Shown in pieces: positions 9,191 through 17,206 of a DNA stretch of 64,000 nucleotides (its first letter is position 1; the number at the start of each line of letters is the position of its first letter). Below the pieces are notes generated by a model. It made no database searches, was not told the origin of the DNA, and saw only the letters and a program-made list of their open reading frames with translations. The stretch covers positions 1 through 64,000 of the IMG/VR virus record IMGVR_UViG_3300012359_000028. One strand, written 5' to 3'. The DNA comes from a virus. The translations under genes and the position numbers were made by a program.

Positions 9191-9903
9191 AGACTTTAAT
9201 TGGACATGTAAAATTCTCTCTGATTTTGGGAAAACCTAAAGCGGCTTATGATCGCCACGGCAACCCTTAGGAACCAAATGAAAATCTGCAAGCACTGTAG
9301 TAAATCTCTGCCTTCCGAAGATTTCTATTCGGGTCGTAGAGTGTGTAAGAACTGTATTTCAAGCATTAATTCGTCAAAAGATTACACAGAAGTCAACCGC
9401 TGTAAACGCGAGCGATATGCGACCGATGATAAATATCGTCAGTATATAGCCGAACAGCGAAAGACCTGGGAACAGCAGGTTCGAGACGAAGGGCGTTTCT
9501 CTGATATTCGATTAGCGAGCCGATTACGTGCTTATGGTAAAACTATCGAGTGGTATAAAGAACAATTGGGGAAACAAAATTATGTTTGTGCCATCTGTAA
9601 GAAGTCTTCTGTAAAGGGGCGTCTTGCGGTTGATCACGACCATCGCTGCTGTCCTAATCACTCCTCTTGCGGTAAATGCGTTCGAGGGTTGATCTGTCAG
9701 CCTTGCAATAAGATGTTAGGTTATGCTCGGGATAACGTCACAACGTTGCTTGAGGCATCCTATTATCTTAATTCATTTGGACCTACAACGACTAAGCGAG
9801 AGAACCCGGAAACGGGATGCGATAGTCTGAACTCATGTGAAAGCATGAGAGAAGAATCCGAAGCGGTTCTTCCGGCTATTTAAATATAGCTAGTAACAAA
9901 TTG
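9191..9903 (+). mobile_element. group I self-splicing intron (713 nt) in the major capsid gene
   Basis: 5' exon ends in U; exon CAUGCCU pairs with GGACAUG (9202-9208) with a terminal U.G pair; P3 TTCTCTC (9214-9220)/GAGAGAA (9798-9804); P7 GACTA (9790-9794)/TAGTC (9823-9827); P8 CCCG-GAAA-CGGG; P9 hairpins; terminal G at 9903; splicing restores the frame. Confidence 0.9.
9278..9883 (+). CDS. intron-encoded endonuclease VII-family homing endonuclease
   Basis: N-terminal CxxC pairs; Q..VCAIC...LAVDHDH.CC...CGKCVRGLIC..CN..LG motif; 3' end runs through the intron core. Confidence 0.85.
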   Translation: MKICKHCSKSLPSEDFYSGRRVCKNCISSINSSKDYTEVNRCKRERYATDDKYRQYIAEQRKTWEQQVRDEGRFSDIRLASRLRAYGKTIEWYKEQLGKQNYVCAICKKSSVKGRLAVDHDHRCCPNHSSCGKCVRGLICQPCNKMLGYARDNVTTLLEASYYLNSFGPTTTKRENPETGCDSLNSCESMREESEAVLPAI

Positions 9904-10761
9904 GATATGTCTGGTGTAGCTATGCAAATCTTTGACTACACCAAGATGTCGGCCAATACGACCGGCGTTACTGAAGGCACGCCTGCTGCTGGTCAGTCTT
10001 TGACTCAGAACACGGCGACTATCAACCTGACGAACTATGCTGATTACGTCAGCTATACGAACAAGGTTGTTCTCACGGCCATTTCCAACACGGTTGCTGA
10101 AGGTTCCTCACTGCTGGCGTATCGTGGCGCTCTGTCTGTTGATACCGTCATTTGGACGGCGGTTGATACGGCAGCGGCCGCAACCACTCTAGACAGAATC
10201 GACGTGAACGACGGCAACTACATGAACGCGGCCATCGCCCGTAAGGCGGTTTGGCAACTCCGTTCGTTTGACGTGAAGCCCAAGGCTAACGGCTTGTTCT
10301 TTGGCGTCATCCATTCTCTCGGTGCATACGATCTCGTTAACGATGCTAGCGCAAGCGGCATGGCTGACTTGATGAAGTACAGCGAGAAATTGGCTTCTGC
10401 GAATCCGGCTCTTGTTGGCATTAAGGGCGCTTACATCGGAAACGTCGGCGGCGTTGAGTGGTATGAATCGAACGCTGTCACGACTGCTGCTTCTTGGCAG
10501 AGTTCCTCACATACAGCGTATCACTCTTACGTTGTGGGTCACCAGGCGCTCATCGCCTCGTCACTCGGCAAGACGAATCTGAACCAGAAGAATTTTACCG
10601 TGAAGACGGTGAACTTCCAAGAAGGTTCGAATTCTCTTGATCCGGCAGCCTTGATCAAGGCGGCTTCGGTATACAACTTCTTCTTTGGGTTGGCCGTTGC
10701 TCCGACACATGCTTCCAGCGACAAGTTCCGGCGCATCACGGCCGAGTCTACAATCGGATAA
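9904..10761 (+). CDS. major capsid protein, exon 2 (spliced product about 331 aa)
   Basis: Junction reads LKIMP|DMSGVAMQIFDY; TEG.P, HS...YDL and IG.VGGV.W.ES motifs typical of HK97-fold capsids. Confidence 0.85.
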   Translation, partial: DMSGVAMQIFDYTKMSANTTGVTEGTPAAGQSLTQNTATINLTNYADYVSYTNKVVLTAISNTVAEGSSLLAYRGALSVDTVIWTAVDTAAAATTLDRIDVNDGNYMNAAIARKAVWQLRSFDVKPKANGLFFGVIHSLGAYDLVNDASASGMADLMKYSEKLASANPALVGIKGAYIGNVGGVEWYESNAVTTAASWQSSSHTAYHSYVVGHQALIASSLGKTNLNQKNFTVKTVNFQEGSNSLDPAALIKAASVYNFFFGLAVAPTHASSDKFRRITAESTIG

Positions 10762-10771
10762 GTTTGGGACA

Positions 10772-10793
10772 GGGGACTCTTAATTGGGTCCCC
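10772..10793 (+). terminator. stem-loop after capsid gene (terminator or mRNA stabiliser)
   Basis: GGGGACTC-TTAATT-GGGTCCCC; no U-tract. Confidence 0.5.
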
Positions 10794-10821
10794 AAGTCTA
10801 CAGACAAAAGGAGAACAAAAA

Positions 10822-11415
10822 ATGAGTTCACCAATTTCTCTTGCCGATGCGGCTCGTCCCGAACGCGGTGTCATTCCCGCATCGTTGACCAACCCTGTTG
10901 CGGCAACGATGTTCACTGATGCAGGTGGTAGCGCGATTGTAGTTAATTTGACGGGTGCAGTTGTTCCCGTTGATAGTGACTCTCCTGCGTTGCCAAAAGT
11001 GTATCAGAATAAACCTTTCGATCTAAAGGCTTGGGGCCAGTTTACAGGTGGCACCACAACCAATTTGACGATAAGGATTCTGACTAGCGCAACTCAGATT
11101 AGTGCTACTGATGGCTCAAATACTGCTACGAGTATCTCTACCGGTGCTGTTGCCGTTAATTCGGTATCTGGCGGGTGGATGCTTGAAGCCGAATTGATGT
11201 GGAGTACTCTTGGGTTGAAGATCGCCGGTATTTTCTGGGGATTCCTTCAAGGTTCAACGAACACATCCATCGCTCAAACTCTAGTTACACCGTTCTCTTT
11301 AACGGCGGCTCAGTTTGCTGCTAATGGTATGTCCTTCGGAGTTGACGCGATTTTTTCGGCGACGAATGCTGGAAATGTTGTCACTCTTGAGGGCTTTGAC
11401 ATCGATCCGCTCTAA
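10822..11415 (+). CDS. putative capsid decoration or minor virion protein
   Basis: AAAGGAG RBS; beta-rich, Thr/Ala/Gly-rich; follows capsid. Confidence 0.55.
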   Translation: MSSPISLADAARPERGVIPASLTNPVAATMFTDAGGSAIVVNLTGAVVPVDSDSPALPKVYQNKPFDLKAWGQFTGGTTTNLTIRILTSATQISATDGSNTATSISTGAVAVNSVSGGWMLEAELMWSTLGLKIAGIFWGFLQGSTNTSIAQTLVTPFSLTAAQFAANGMSFGVDAIFSATNAGNVVTLEGFDIDPL

Positions 11416-11442
11416 AACAGAAACCTATAACAAGTTCTCGGA

Positions 11443-11471
11443 GGGCTCTCTTGAAAAGAGCCCCAAATTTT
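11443..11471 (+). terminator. putative intrinsic terminator
   Basis: GGGCTCT-N7-AGAGCCC followed by CAAATTTT. Confidence 0.45.
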
Positions 11472-11483
11472 CTCGGAGAGTTT

Positions 11484-11828
11484 ATGAACCCGCATGTCGA
11501 TGTTGATGTTTTACCCGTTATTTATAGACAAAATTTTGTAAATCAAAGTTCCCCAATTCCGGCTACGATGATTGTCACTCCTACGGCTGATAGTCATTAT
11601 CGTGCCTCATTTATTTTGACCGGCGATTTGGAAACATGTGATGTCGAATGCCTCATAAATTGGACAGATGAAACAGGCGGGAAATCATATGGTTTCGCTC
11701 TCAATAAACCTGACGAGCCTGGGGCAACAGTTCTTATAAAAGTTTCCGCCGGGCGGACTCTTTCATTTCAAACAGTTGTGACTTACGGAACATACAGTTT
11801 ATTTGTCGTGGTTGAAAGTCTAGATTAA
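11484..11828 (+). CDS. stand-alone beta-sandwich protein resembling the C-terminal domains of the fibre genes
   Basis: GGAG RBS; YRAS...WTD...YSLFVVVESL parallels YRVL...YTD...YSLHVRLEKL in 22445-23806. Confidence 0.6.
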   Translation: MNPHVDVDVLPVIYRQNFVNQSSPIPATMIVTPTADSHYRASFILTGDLETCDVECLINWTDETGGKSYGFALNKPDEPGATVLIKVSAGRTLSFQTVVTYGTYSLFVVVESLD

Positions 11829-11851
11829 AGAAAATTTATTGAGGAGTTCCC

Positions 11852-12190
11852 ATGGCGGTTCAAGTTACAACCATTGCGACGGCGACAACCGAAACGACTA
11901 TCATCACGGCTGGCACGGCAGGTGTGAATAACGCCCTGACTGGGTTGATAATTACGACTCTTAATGCTGTTCTAGGCACCTTGACTGTTCGGGATTCTAC
12001 TGGCGGTACAACTCGATTGTTGATCGATTATCCCGCCTTCACTGCGGCTGCTGCTCCAGGGGTGCCGTTTATATTTTTCTTTCCGAAGGATCAAATACTG
12101 TTTCAGGCTGCTCCGGCTCAGAATTGGACGATTCAGGCATCAGTGAATGCCAGCGGTTATAAAATCAATGCCTTTTATATTGAGATGTAA
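11852..12190 (+). CDS. putative virion structural protein
   Basis: GAGGAG RBS; Thr-rich beta protein. Confidence 0.6.
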   Translation: MAVQVTTIATATTETTIITAGTAGVNNALTGLIITTLNAVLGTLTVRDSTGGTTRLLIDYPAFTAAAAPGVPFIFFFPKDQILFQAAPAQNWTIQASVNASGYKINAFYIEM

Positions 12191-12483
12191 TGAAAGCTGT
12201 CTACATTCTGAATCGTAGCATAGACCCGCAAAGTGATCTTGGTGATGTCAAGGCAATGTTACAGTTCACGCCGCTCTATTGCGTCTTGGTTTCCAGTATT
12301 TATGACATGCAGTTGGCGCATCAATTTGCGGAGCGTTCTGAGATTCTTCAAGTCACTGGTGATATCCTACAAGTTGCCAAGGATTACGCTGAGCAATCCG
12401 ATATGGCTGTTCTGATCATTGGTGAAGTGGTGAGGTTAGATGAAGTTAAGGAAGATGGGACGAGGGAGTCATTATGCTTATAG
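12190..12483 (+). CDS. hypothetical protein
   Basis: TAATG coupling to the upstream gene. Confidence 0.6.
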   Translation: MKAVYILNRSIDPQSDLGDVKAMLQFTPLYCVLVSSIYDMQLAHQFAERSEILQVTGDILQVAKDYAEQSDMAVLIIGEVVRLDEVKEDGTRESLCL

Positions 12484-13025
12484 AACCGAATCGAAGTCAA
12501 TTAGGGGATCGGCATCTCAGTCCAGAGGAAGCAGTCATCCGCGAGCGCGAGCAGCTTCTTAATATGGAAGCCCGGAAGAAGATTTGGGGGCAGGCAGAAC
12601 TGGAAGACCCGGATCGGAGTTCTGGTCCTCGGCTTTATTACACTGAGATTATTCGGCGGCTTTTGAAACTGAATCCATCACTCAAGATTCAAGATGGTTC
12701 AGACGGCCAAGTAGCAATCTACCGCCCGAAACGGTATGACGAGTATGACATGGAGCAATTTGATTGGCGTGCTCCGATGAGTTGGCGGTGGGATTTTGAA
12801 TATGTCACTGGTATGGAGAAAGGATACATTCCACAATACTCACATGTTGAGTTGGATACTTCTAATCTCGTTAAGCGGGAAATTCGAGGATGGCGTTCGG
12901 TGTTGATTGCACTAATTAAAGCGCGGGCGATAACTTATCGCGGCGCAATACAAGAGTTTGGCGACCCAGCTGGCGATCAGCGTAGCGGTCGTTGGTTTGA
13001 GCAATTAAATCAGTATTCGAAATAA
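12474..13025 (+). CDS. hypothetical phage protein
   Basis: GGGAG RBS; RGWRSVL motif near the C-terminus. Confidence 0.65.
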   Translation: MLIEPNRSQLGDRHLSPEEAVIREREQLLNMEARKKIWGQAELEDPDRSSGPRLYYTEIIRRLLKLNPSLKIQDGSDGQVAIYRPKRYDEYDMEQFDWRAPMSWRWDFEYVTGMEKGYIPQYSHVELDTSNLVKREIRGWRSVLIALIKARAITYRGAIQEFGDPAGDQRSGRWFEQLNQYSK

Positions 13026-13039
13026 CAAGGAGAAAGGTC

Positions 13040-13486
13040 ATGGCTGAAGAAAAGTCTGTATCACTATCTGAATTGAAAGAAATTTTGGCGTCTCAGCAAA
13101 AAATGTTCACTGAGCAAACTGCTAGTCTCATCGCTGAGATGAAAAAGCCTACGGTGCTTGAGCAACAGACGTTGGATAAGCAGGCCGCTGAGATTCTGGC
13201 GAAGAATCAGGAGCGCAAAGATAACGCCGCAGGAATGAAGGCTAAACGCGATGCTGATAGGATGACGAAGCGTACGTGTAACCACACTCATCCGAACGGA
13301 AGCACTCATTGCGTGTACGTTCAGCCGACAAGGCATGATCGATTTGGATATATCCTCTGCCAAAAAAATCAGTGCATCATTCGGCCTGAGCCCGCTCCGG
13401 TGAACTACGACGGAGACGATATTTATGATACCGCGATGTTCAACCGCTTGTTCCAGCAATTGCCATCGCAAGAATTATTCCAGTAG
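13040..13486 (+). CDS. hypothetical protein with coiled coil and Cys/His-rich C-terminus
   Basis: AAGGAG RBS; C.H.H...HC...C...C pattern. Confidence 0.7.
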   Translation: MAEEKSVSLSELKEILASQQKMFTEQTASLIAEMKKPTVLEQQTLDKQAAEILAKNQERKDNAAGMKAKRDADRMTKRTCNHTHPNGSTHCVYVQPTRHDRFGYILCQKNQCIIRPEPAPVNYDGDDIYDTAMFNRLFQQLPSQELFQ

Positions 13487-13502
13487 ATTTGATCTTAACA
13501 CG

Positions 13503-13757
13503 GATTCCTGCTGGCGAGACGCTGATGCTCGGCCGGGTAAAGCTGGCGGGAAGTTCATGACTGTTGCTGGCATCATTTGGTGTCGGCTATCATAGGCTGG
13601 TCACCCGTTTCTAGGAAGGCGTTCCGTTCGAAAGGTTCCTAGAAGCGAATACATTTTATTGGGGATGCTATGGAGTTCACTTTTCGGAGTGATCCGAATG
13701 GGGGAAATCCTAATGGCGTGTAAGCGCAGGTATCCCCTCCAATCTTTTTGGGAGAAC
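13503..13757 (+). ncRNA. candidate structured non-coding or cis-regulatory RNA
   Basis: Intergenic gap of about 270 nt with three long G.U-containing stems and a four-way junction with UUCG and GAAA tetraloops. Confidence 0.55.
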
Positions 13758-13759
13758 TT

Positions 13760-14803
13760 GTGTCCTTCACCAACACTTATCAGTCGATTATCAATTTTTG
13801 CAGCACTCAGATTGATTTACTCCCTTTGAGTGGTGTAGGCGGATTCAATTTTGAACCCGGTTTAAGTATCTGCAATGATGCTCGTGCCGATCTTCTCACC
13901 TCTGAAAATAACTGGAAAGTCAATCGTAAAGACCTTGCTGCCTTCCTCGTTACTGCGCCATTCAAGCAGGATTACATTTGGGGCGGTTCCAGTGCGTTCA
14001 CCCTCGGAAGTTCTAATCAGGGTTGGGCTATTGCGTTAGCCTCAAATTCAGGAATAACAGTTACTGCCGGAGTTGTGACGGTCAATACAATTGAGCCCCA
14101 CCAATTTGCTATAGGCGATACTGTCTTTTTGAATGGGGTTGTATCTAAATTGGCAAACCCTGCGGACCCTACTAAGTACAATGCTGTGCTCACGACTAAT
14201 AATGTGAATACCACTTGGTCAAATGGCTTTGTGATCACTGCTGTCACCTCAACTTCCTTTTCGTTTATTGCTGTCACGGGACAAAACAACGGAGACATCC
14301 TCGGCGCTCCCGGCATTTTTGATTATGGCTGGCTGCAAGAATCTTACGCCTACATGATGGTTGATACGAGTGCTCCGTATTACAATCGGCTCCTCTATGC
14401 TAAGCGGCAACTTCCTCTCGACCGTATAGTCGAGAATCCCAATCTAATCTCGGTGCAGCACGACAACGGCGATGGTACTTTGGTTGTCCGTTTTTATCGC
14501 TGCCCCGGAACTATATCATGGGGTGCGAAATTGACATATCAAATGGCAGCCCCGGTCGCAACTGACCTGACTTCCACATGGGCACCATTCCCGGATCATT
14601 TTGCTCCACTTTATCGCCAGGCGGTTGTTTATCGGATGTATCGATATTTGAATAGCCCTCGTGCGGACGCCGAATACAAAAAACTTCAGGTCGAGATCAG
14701 TAAAGCGTCCGGCTACGATGATAATGAACAGACAGATGTAACATTGCAGCCTGAGAGTCCATTGCTTGACGACGGCCTCTATTACGGCTTTTGGAACTGG
14801 TAA
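13760..14803 (+). CDS. head-tail adaptor / tail tubular protein A-like, with an inserted beta domain
   Basis: GGAG RBS and GTG start; adaptor-like NW near the N-terminus and PFPD...Y..A helical C-terminus; insert TVNT..PH.F.IGDTV...NG.VITAVTSTSFSF. Confidence 0.6.
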   Translation: MSFTNTYQSIINFCSTQIDLLPLSGVGGFNFEPGLSICNDARADLLTSENNWKVNRKDLAAFLVTAPFKQDYIWGGSSAFTLGSSNQGWAIALASNSGITVTAGVVTVNTIEPHQFAIGDTVFLNGVVSKLANPADPTKYNAVLTTNNVNTTWSNGFVITAVTSTSFSFIAVTGQNNGDILGAPGIFDYGWLQESYAYMMVDTSAPYYNRLLYAKRQLPLDRIVENPNLISVQHDNGDGTLVVRFYRCPGTISWGAKLTYQMAAPVATDLTSTWAPFPDHFAPLYRQAVVYRMYRYLNSPRADAEYKKLQVEISKASGYDDNEQTDVTLQPESPLLDDGLYYGFWNW

Positions 14804-14809
14804 AAAATA

Positions 14810-15535
14810 ATGCTCGACAAACTTGATGTGAAACAAGACTCCAAACCGGAGAGCCTTTCAGCAAGTAGTACGTCAGAAGGCATGGCGGCTATGAGTGATG
14901 CTCTGGGTGATCTGGATAGCTCAAAAGTAATCTACGGAATGCGTCACGGGCAAACTTCGCTCGATGTGGCAAAACGTTGTGATGGGTGGGTTGACCTCGA
15001 TTTGTCAGACGAGGGAGAGCAGGGCGTTGTTGCAACTCTATCAGATTATTTGCAGGCTATTCCGTTTACACAAATCATTTCACCGGATTTTATTCGAACC
15101 ACAACCACGGCTCACATTGTTAAGTCAGGTTTGCCCTCTGATCCAGAGGTTGTTATTGACAACGATATGAAGACATGGAATATCGGAACGATCAGCGGCG
15201 ATAAGAAAACTTCGGATCGCAAAACGTTTGTTAAGTATTTGATTTCTCATCCAGAAATTCATTCACCTGATGGCGAAAGTTACAACGAATTTACTGAGCG
15301 CTTTGATGCGTTCATTCACGAACAAATGGGAAGAATCAAATCGGGAAAACTCAAAGGTCCGATCTTAGATATGTTTTCCGGTTCCTGCCTTCGCCGGTTA
15401 GGAGAACTAATCAATGGAGATCGGGACTCCTTGGATGTCAAGGAATCCGGGCTCATAATGCTTTATCCTGACGGAAAGAAATGGTCGGCTGTATTGATTG
15501 CGAGCCCCGATGAAGAAGGAAACGAAATCAGTTAA
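14810..15535 (+). CDS. histidine phosphatase superfamily protein
   Basis: MRHGQT motif, L...GE, SPD.IR...TA, GES...F..R; true start may be 14882 or 14891. Confidence 0.8.
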   Translation: MLDKLDVKQDSKPESLSASSTSEGMAAMSDALGDLDSSKVIYGMRHGQTSLDVAKRCDGWVDLDLSDEGEQGVVATLSDYLQAIPFTQIISPDFIRTTTTAHIVKSGLPSDPEVVIDNDMKTWNIGTISGDKKTSDRKTFVKYLISHPEIHSPDGESYNEFTERFDAFIHEQMGRIKSGKLKGPILDMFSGSCLRRLGELINGDRDSLDVKESGLIMLYPDGKKWSAVLIASPDEEGNEIS

Positions 15536-15635
15536 TTGGAAATGGACTTGTCCCTGCTGTAAGAAAATTTTATATAAACCAAGAAACCACGACAGCATTG
15601 TTAGATGTCCCTCTTGCAACTGGGTGTGGAAATGA
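15510..15635 (+). CDS. small zinc-ribbon protein (41 aa, not in ORF track)
   Basis: MKKETKSVNWKWTCPCCKKILYKPRNHDSIVRCPSCNWVWK*; two CxxC pairs; ATGA overlap with the next gene. Confidence 0.55.
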   Translation: MKKETKSVNWKWTCPCCKKILYKPRNHDSIVRCPSCNWVWK

Positions 15636-15940
15636 AGGAATCTATGATCCCCAGTTTAACTAATCAAATACCACATGGAATAGAAGTCGTTGTTGTCGGC
15701 GGTTTCGGATGGTTTGTAAAATATATTGGGCATGCTATTCGAGCGGAATGGCAAGAAGTTAAGGATAAACTCAGCATCATTGAGACAACCGCGAAAGAAC
15801 AGGCGGGGAATCATCTTCATACCATCCAAGAGAATACATCAAGAACAAATGAACTTTTGGAAAAGGTTGTGACGAATCAAATCGAATTGAACGGCTGGCT
15901 GAGAGGCCGGGCGTCCACGAGAGGGGAACATGAACTTTGA
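15632..15940 (+). CDS. single-TM coiled-coil protein
   Basis: Hydrophobic IEVVVVGGFGWFV followed by a coiled coil. Confidence 0.6.
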   Translation: MKESMIPSLTNQIPHGIEVVVVGGFGWFVKYIGHAIRAEWQEVKDKLSIIETTAKEQAGNHLHTIQENTSRTNELLEKVVTNQIELNGWLRGRASTRGEHEL

Positions 15941-16238
15941 TAAACTAGGTTCGCGAGGGCCAAGCGAAGCGGTCGAACATTTAACTGTTCTGAAAACTCC
16001 GGCAATCGGTACGGCAACTATTCAGGCTAGTTCGCATGATTCTGAGACTCAATATGGTCGGAGTCATGCTGAAGAATTGCGCGCCGGTGCTGATCTTATT
16101 ACCACGGCTAAGAAAGATGCAGTAATCGGTCTCCGTGAAGATGCGTTTCTAGCACCCGGATGTAACGATGAAGGCTCGTCAGAAGGGCAGCCATTCGGCT
16201 TGCGCAAAGATTCGTTTCTGCCTCCGGCAAACCGCTAA
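15930..16238 (+). CDS. hypothetical protein
   Basis: GAGGGG RBS; internal repeat GLREDAFL / GLRKDSFL. Confidence 0.6.
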   Translation: MNFDKLGSRGPSEAVEHLTVLKTPAIGTATIQASSHDSETQYGRSHAEELRAGADLITTAKKDAVIGLREDAFLAPGCNDEGSSEGQPFGLRKDSFLPPANR

Positions 16239-16243
16239 GGAGA

Positions 16244-16552
16244 ATGTTAATGATCGAAAGAATTACAGATGACGGTAATGTAGACTTCGGCGGACAAAAA
16301 GGTCCCCAAGCATCCGTTGATGTGACGGATGTTCAAGATTCTTATCCAACTCCTCCGCCTATTCCGACTGTTGATCGCGAGACCGGCGCGGTTCAGACTG
16401 CGCGCACTGAAGATATTGGTCAACTAGAAGGTTGGGAGAACTCCACGGAGCCCCACGAGGGTCACGACTGGAATAATGGTCCTGATTACCCCCGTCCCAA
16501 TAAGCGGCCGAGCCCGCGTTATTTTGGCGATGATCTTCGCAGCATTATCTAA
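16244..16552 (+). CDS. hypothetical acidic, Pro-rich protein
   Basis: AAGGAG RBS. Confidence 0.6.
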   Translation: MLMIERITDDGNVDFGGQKGPQASVDVTDVQDSYPTPPPIPTVDRETGAVQTARTEDIGQLEGWENSTEPHEGHDWNNGPDYPRPNKRPSPRYFGDDLRSII

Positions 16553-16560
16553 GGTGATCC

Positions 16561-17196
16561 TTGGCTGACTTCTATACTTATCTGTGGCTTCGGGAAGACG
16601 GCACTCCCTATTACGTAGGGAAAGGTCACGGGCTGCGTGCCTTTCGAAGTAAGGCGCATGCGGTTCGCCGTCCGAAGGATAGTACACGGATTGTTATTTT
16701 GCCTCGATCTTCCGAGCAAGAAGCCTTTGATACCGAAAGAGAATTGATTAACAATTGGGGCCGACTCGATTTAAGCACCGGTTGCCTTCGAAATCGAACC
16801 GATGGTGGGCAAGGTTCTAGTAATGTGCCTGTCGAAGTTCGATTGAAGAGATCGATTGCGGCTAAGACAAGATGGGAAGATTCAGAATTTCGCATTAAGG
16901 TCATGAGTGCGATGAAGGAAAGTCATAAAAACGGCTTTACTCCTGAACATATTGCAGTAATGTCATTGGCCCACATAGGTCTGGTCGGAAAAGGAAAAAG
17001 AGCGAAAGGAATTCCACTTTCTGAACAACATAAAATCAGTTTGAAGAACGCATGGATAGCACGTAAAAAGAGACTCGAATCCGGTGAGGAAAAACACTGG
17101 ACACAAGGTAATAACGCCGCCGCTGGTCTCATAAAAATGAGTGAGAGCGGAAAAGTCCGTTGCGCTGCAAATCGTTTTGGAAGCGCGGGGAGGTGA
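16561..17196 (+). CDS. free-standing GIY-YIG-like homing endonuclease with NUMOD3-like tail
   Basis: FYTYLWLREDGTPYYVGKG...R...EAF..E..LI...GR.D..TG.LRN.TDGG; SEQHK..L basic repeats. Confidence 0.75.
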   Translation: MADFYTYLWLREDGTPYYVGKGHGLRAFRSKAHAVRRPKDSTRIVILPRSSEQEAFDTERELINNWGRLDLSTGCLRNRTDGGQGSSNVPVEVRLKRSIAAKTRWEDSEFRIKVMSAMKESHKNGFTPEHIAVMSLAHIGLVGKGKRAKGIPLSEQHKISLKNAWIARKKRLESGEEKHWTQGNNAAAGLIKMSESGKVRCAANRFGSAGR

Positions 17197-17206
17197 ATCA
17201 CCATAT

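Noticed and set aside
9901-10761. TTG-started 286-aa ORF as a complete capsid gene
   Set aside because: It has no RBS; the TTG is the last three bases of the intron, and the true N-terminus is exon 1 at 9053.
13661-13741. 81-nt cloverleaf ending in CCA as a tRNA gene
   Set aside because: No TTCRA T-loop, D-loop or 7-nt anticodon loop; kept only as part of the structured RNA candidate.
16553-17206. Second intron around the GIY-YIG-like endonuclease
   Set aside because: There is almost no non-coding flank, no P7 motifs were seen, and the upstream gene has its own stop; it is free-standing.
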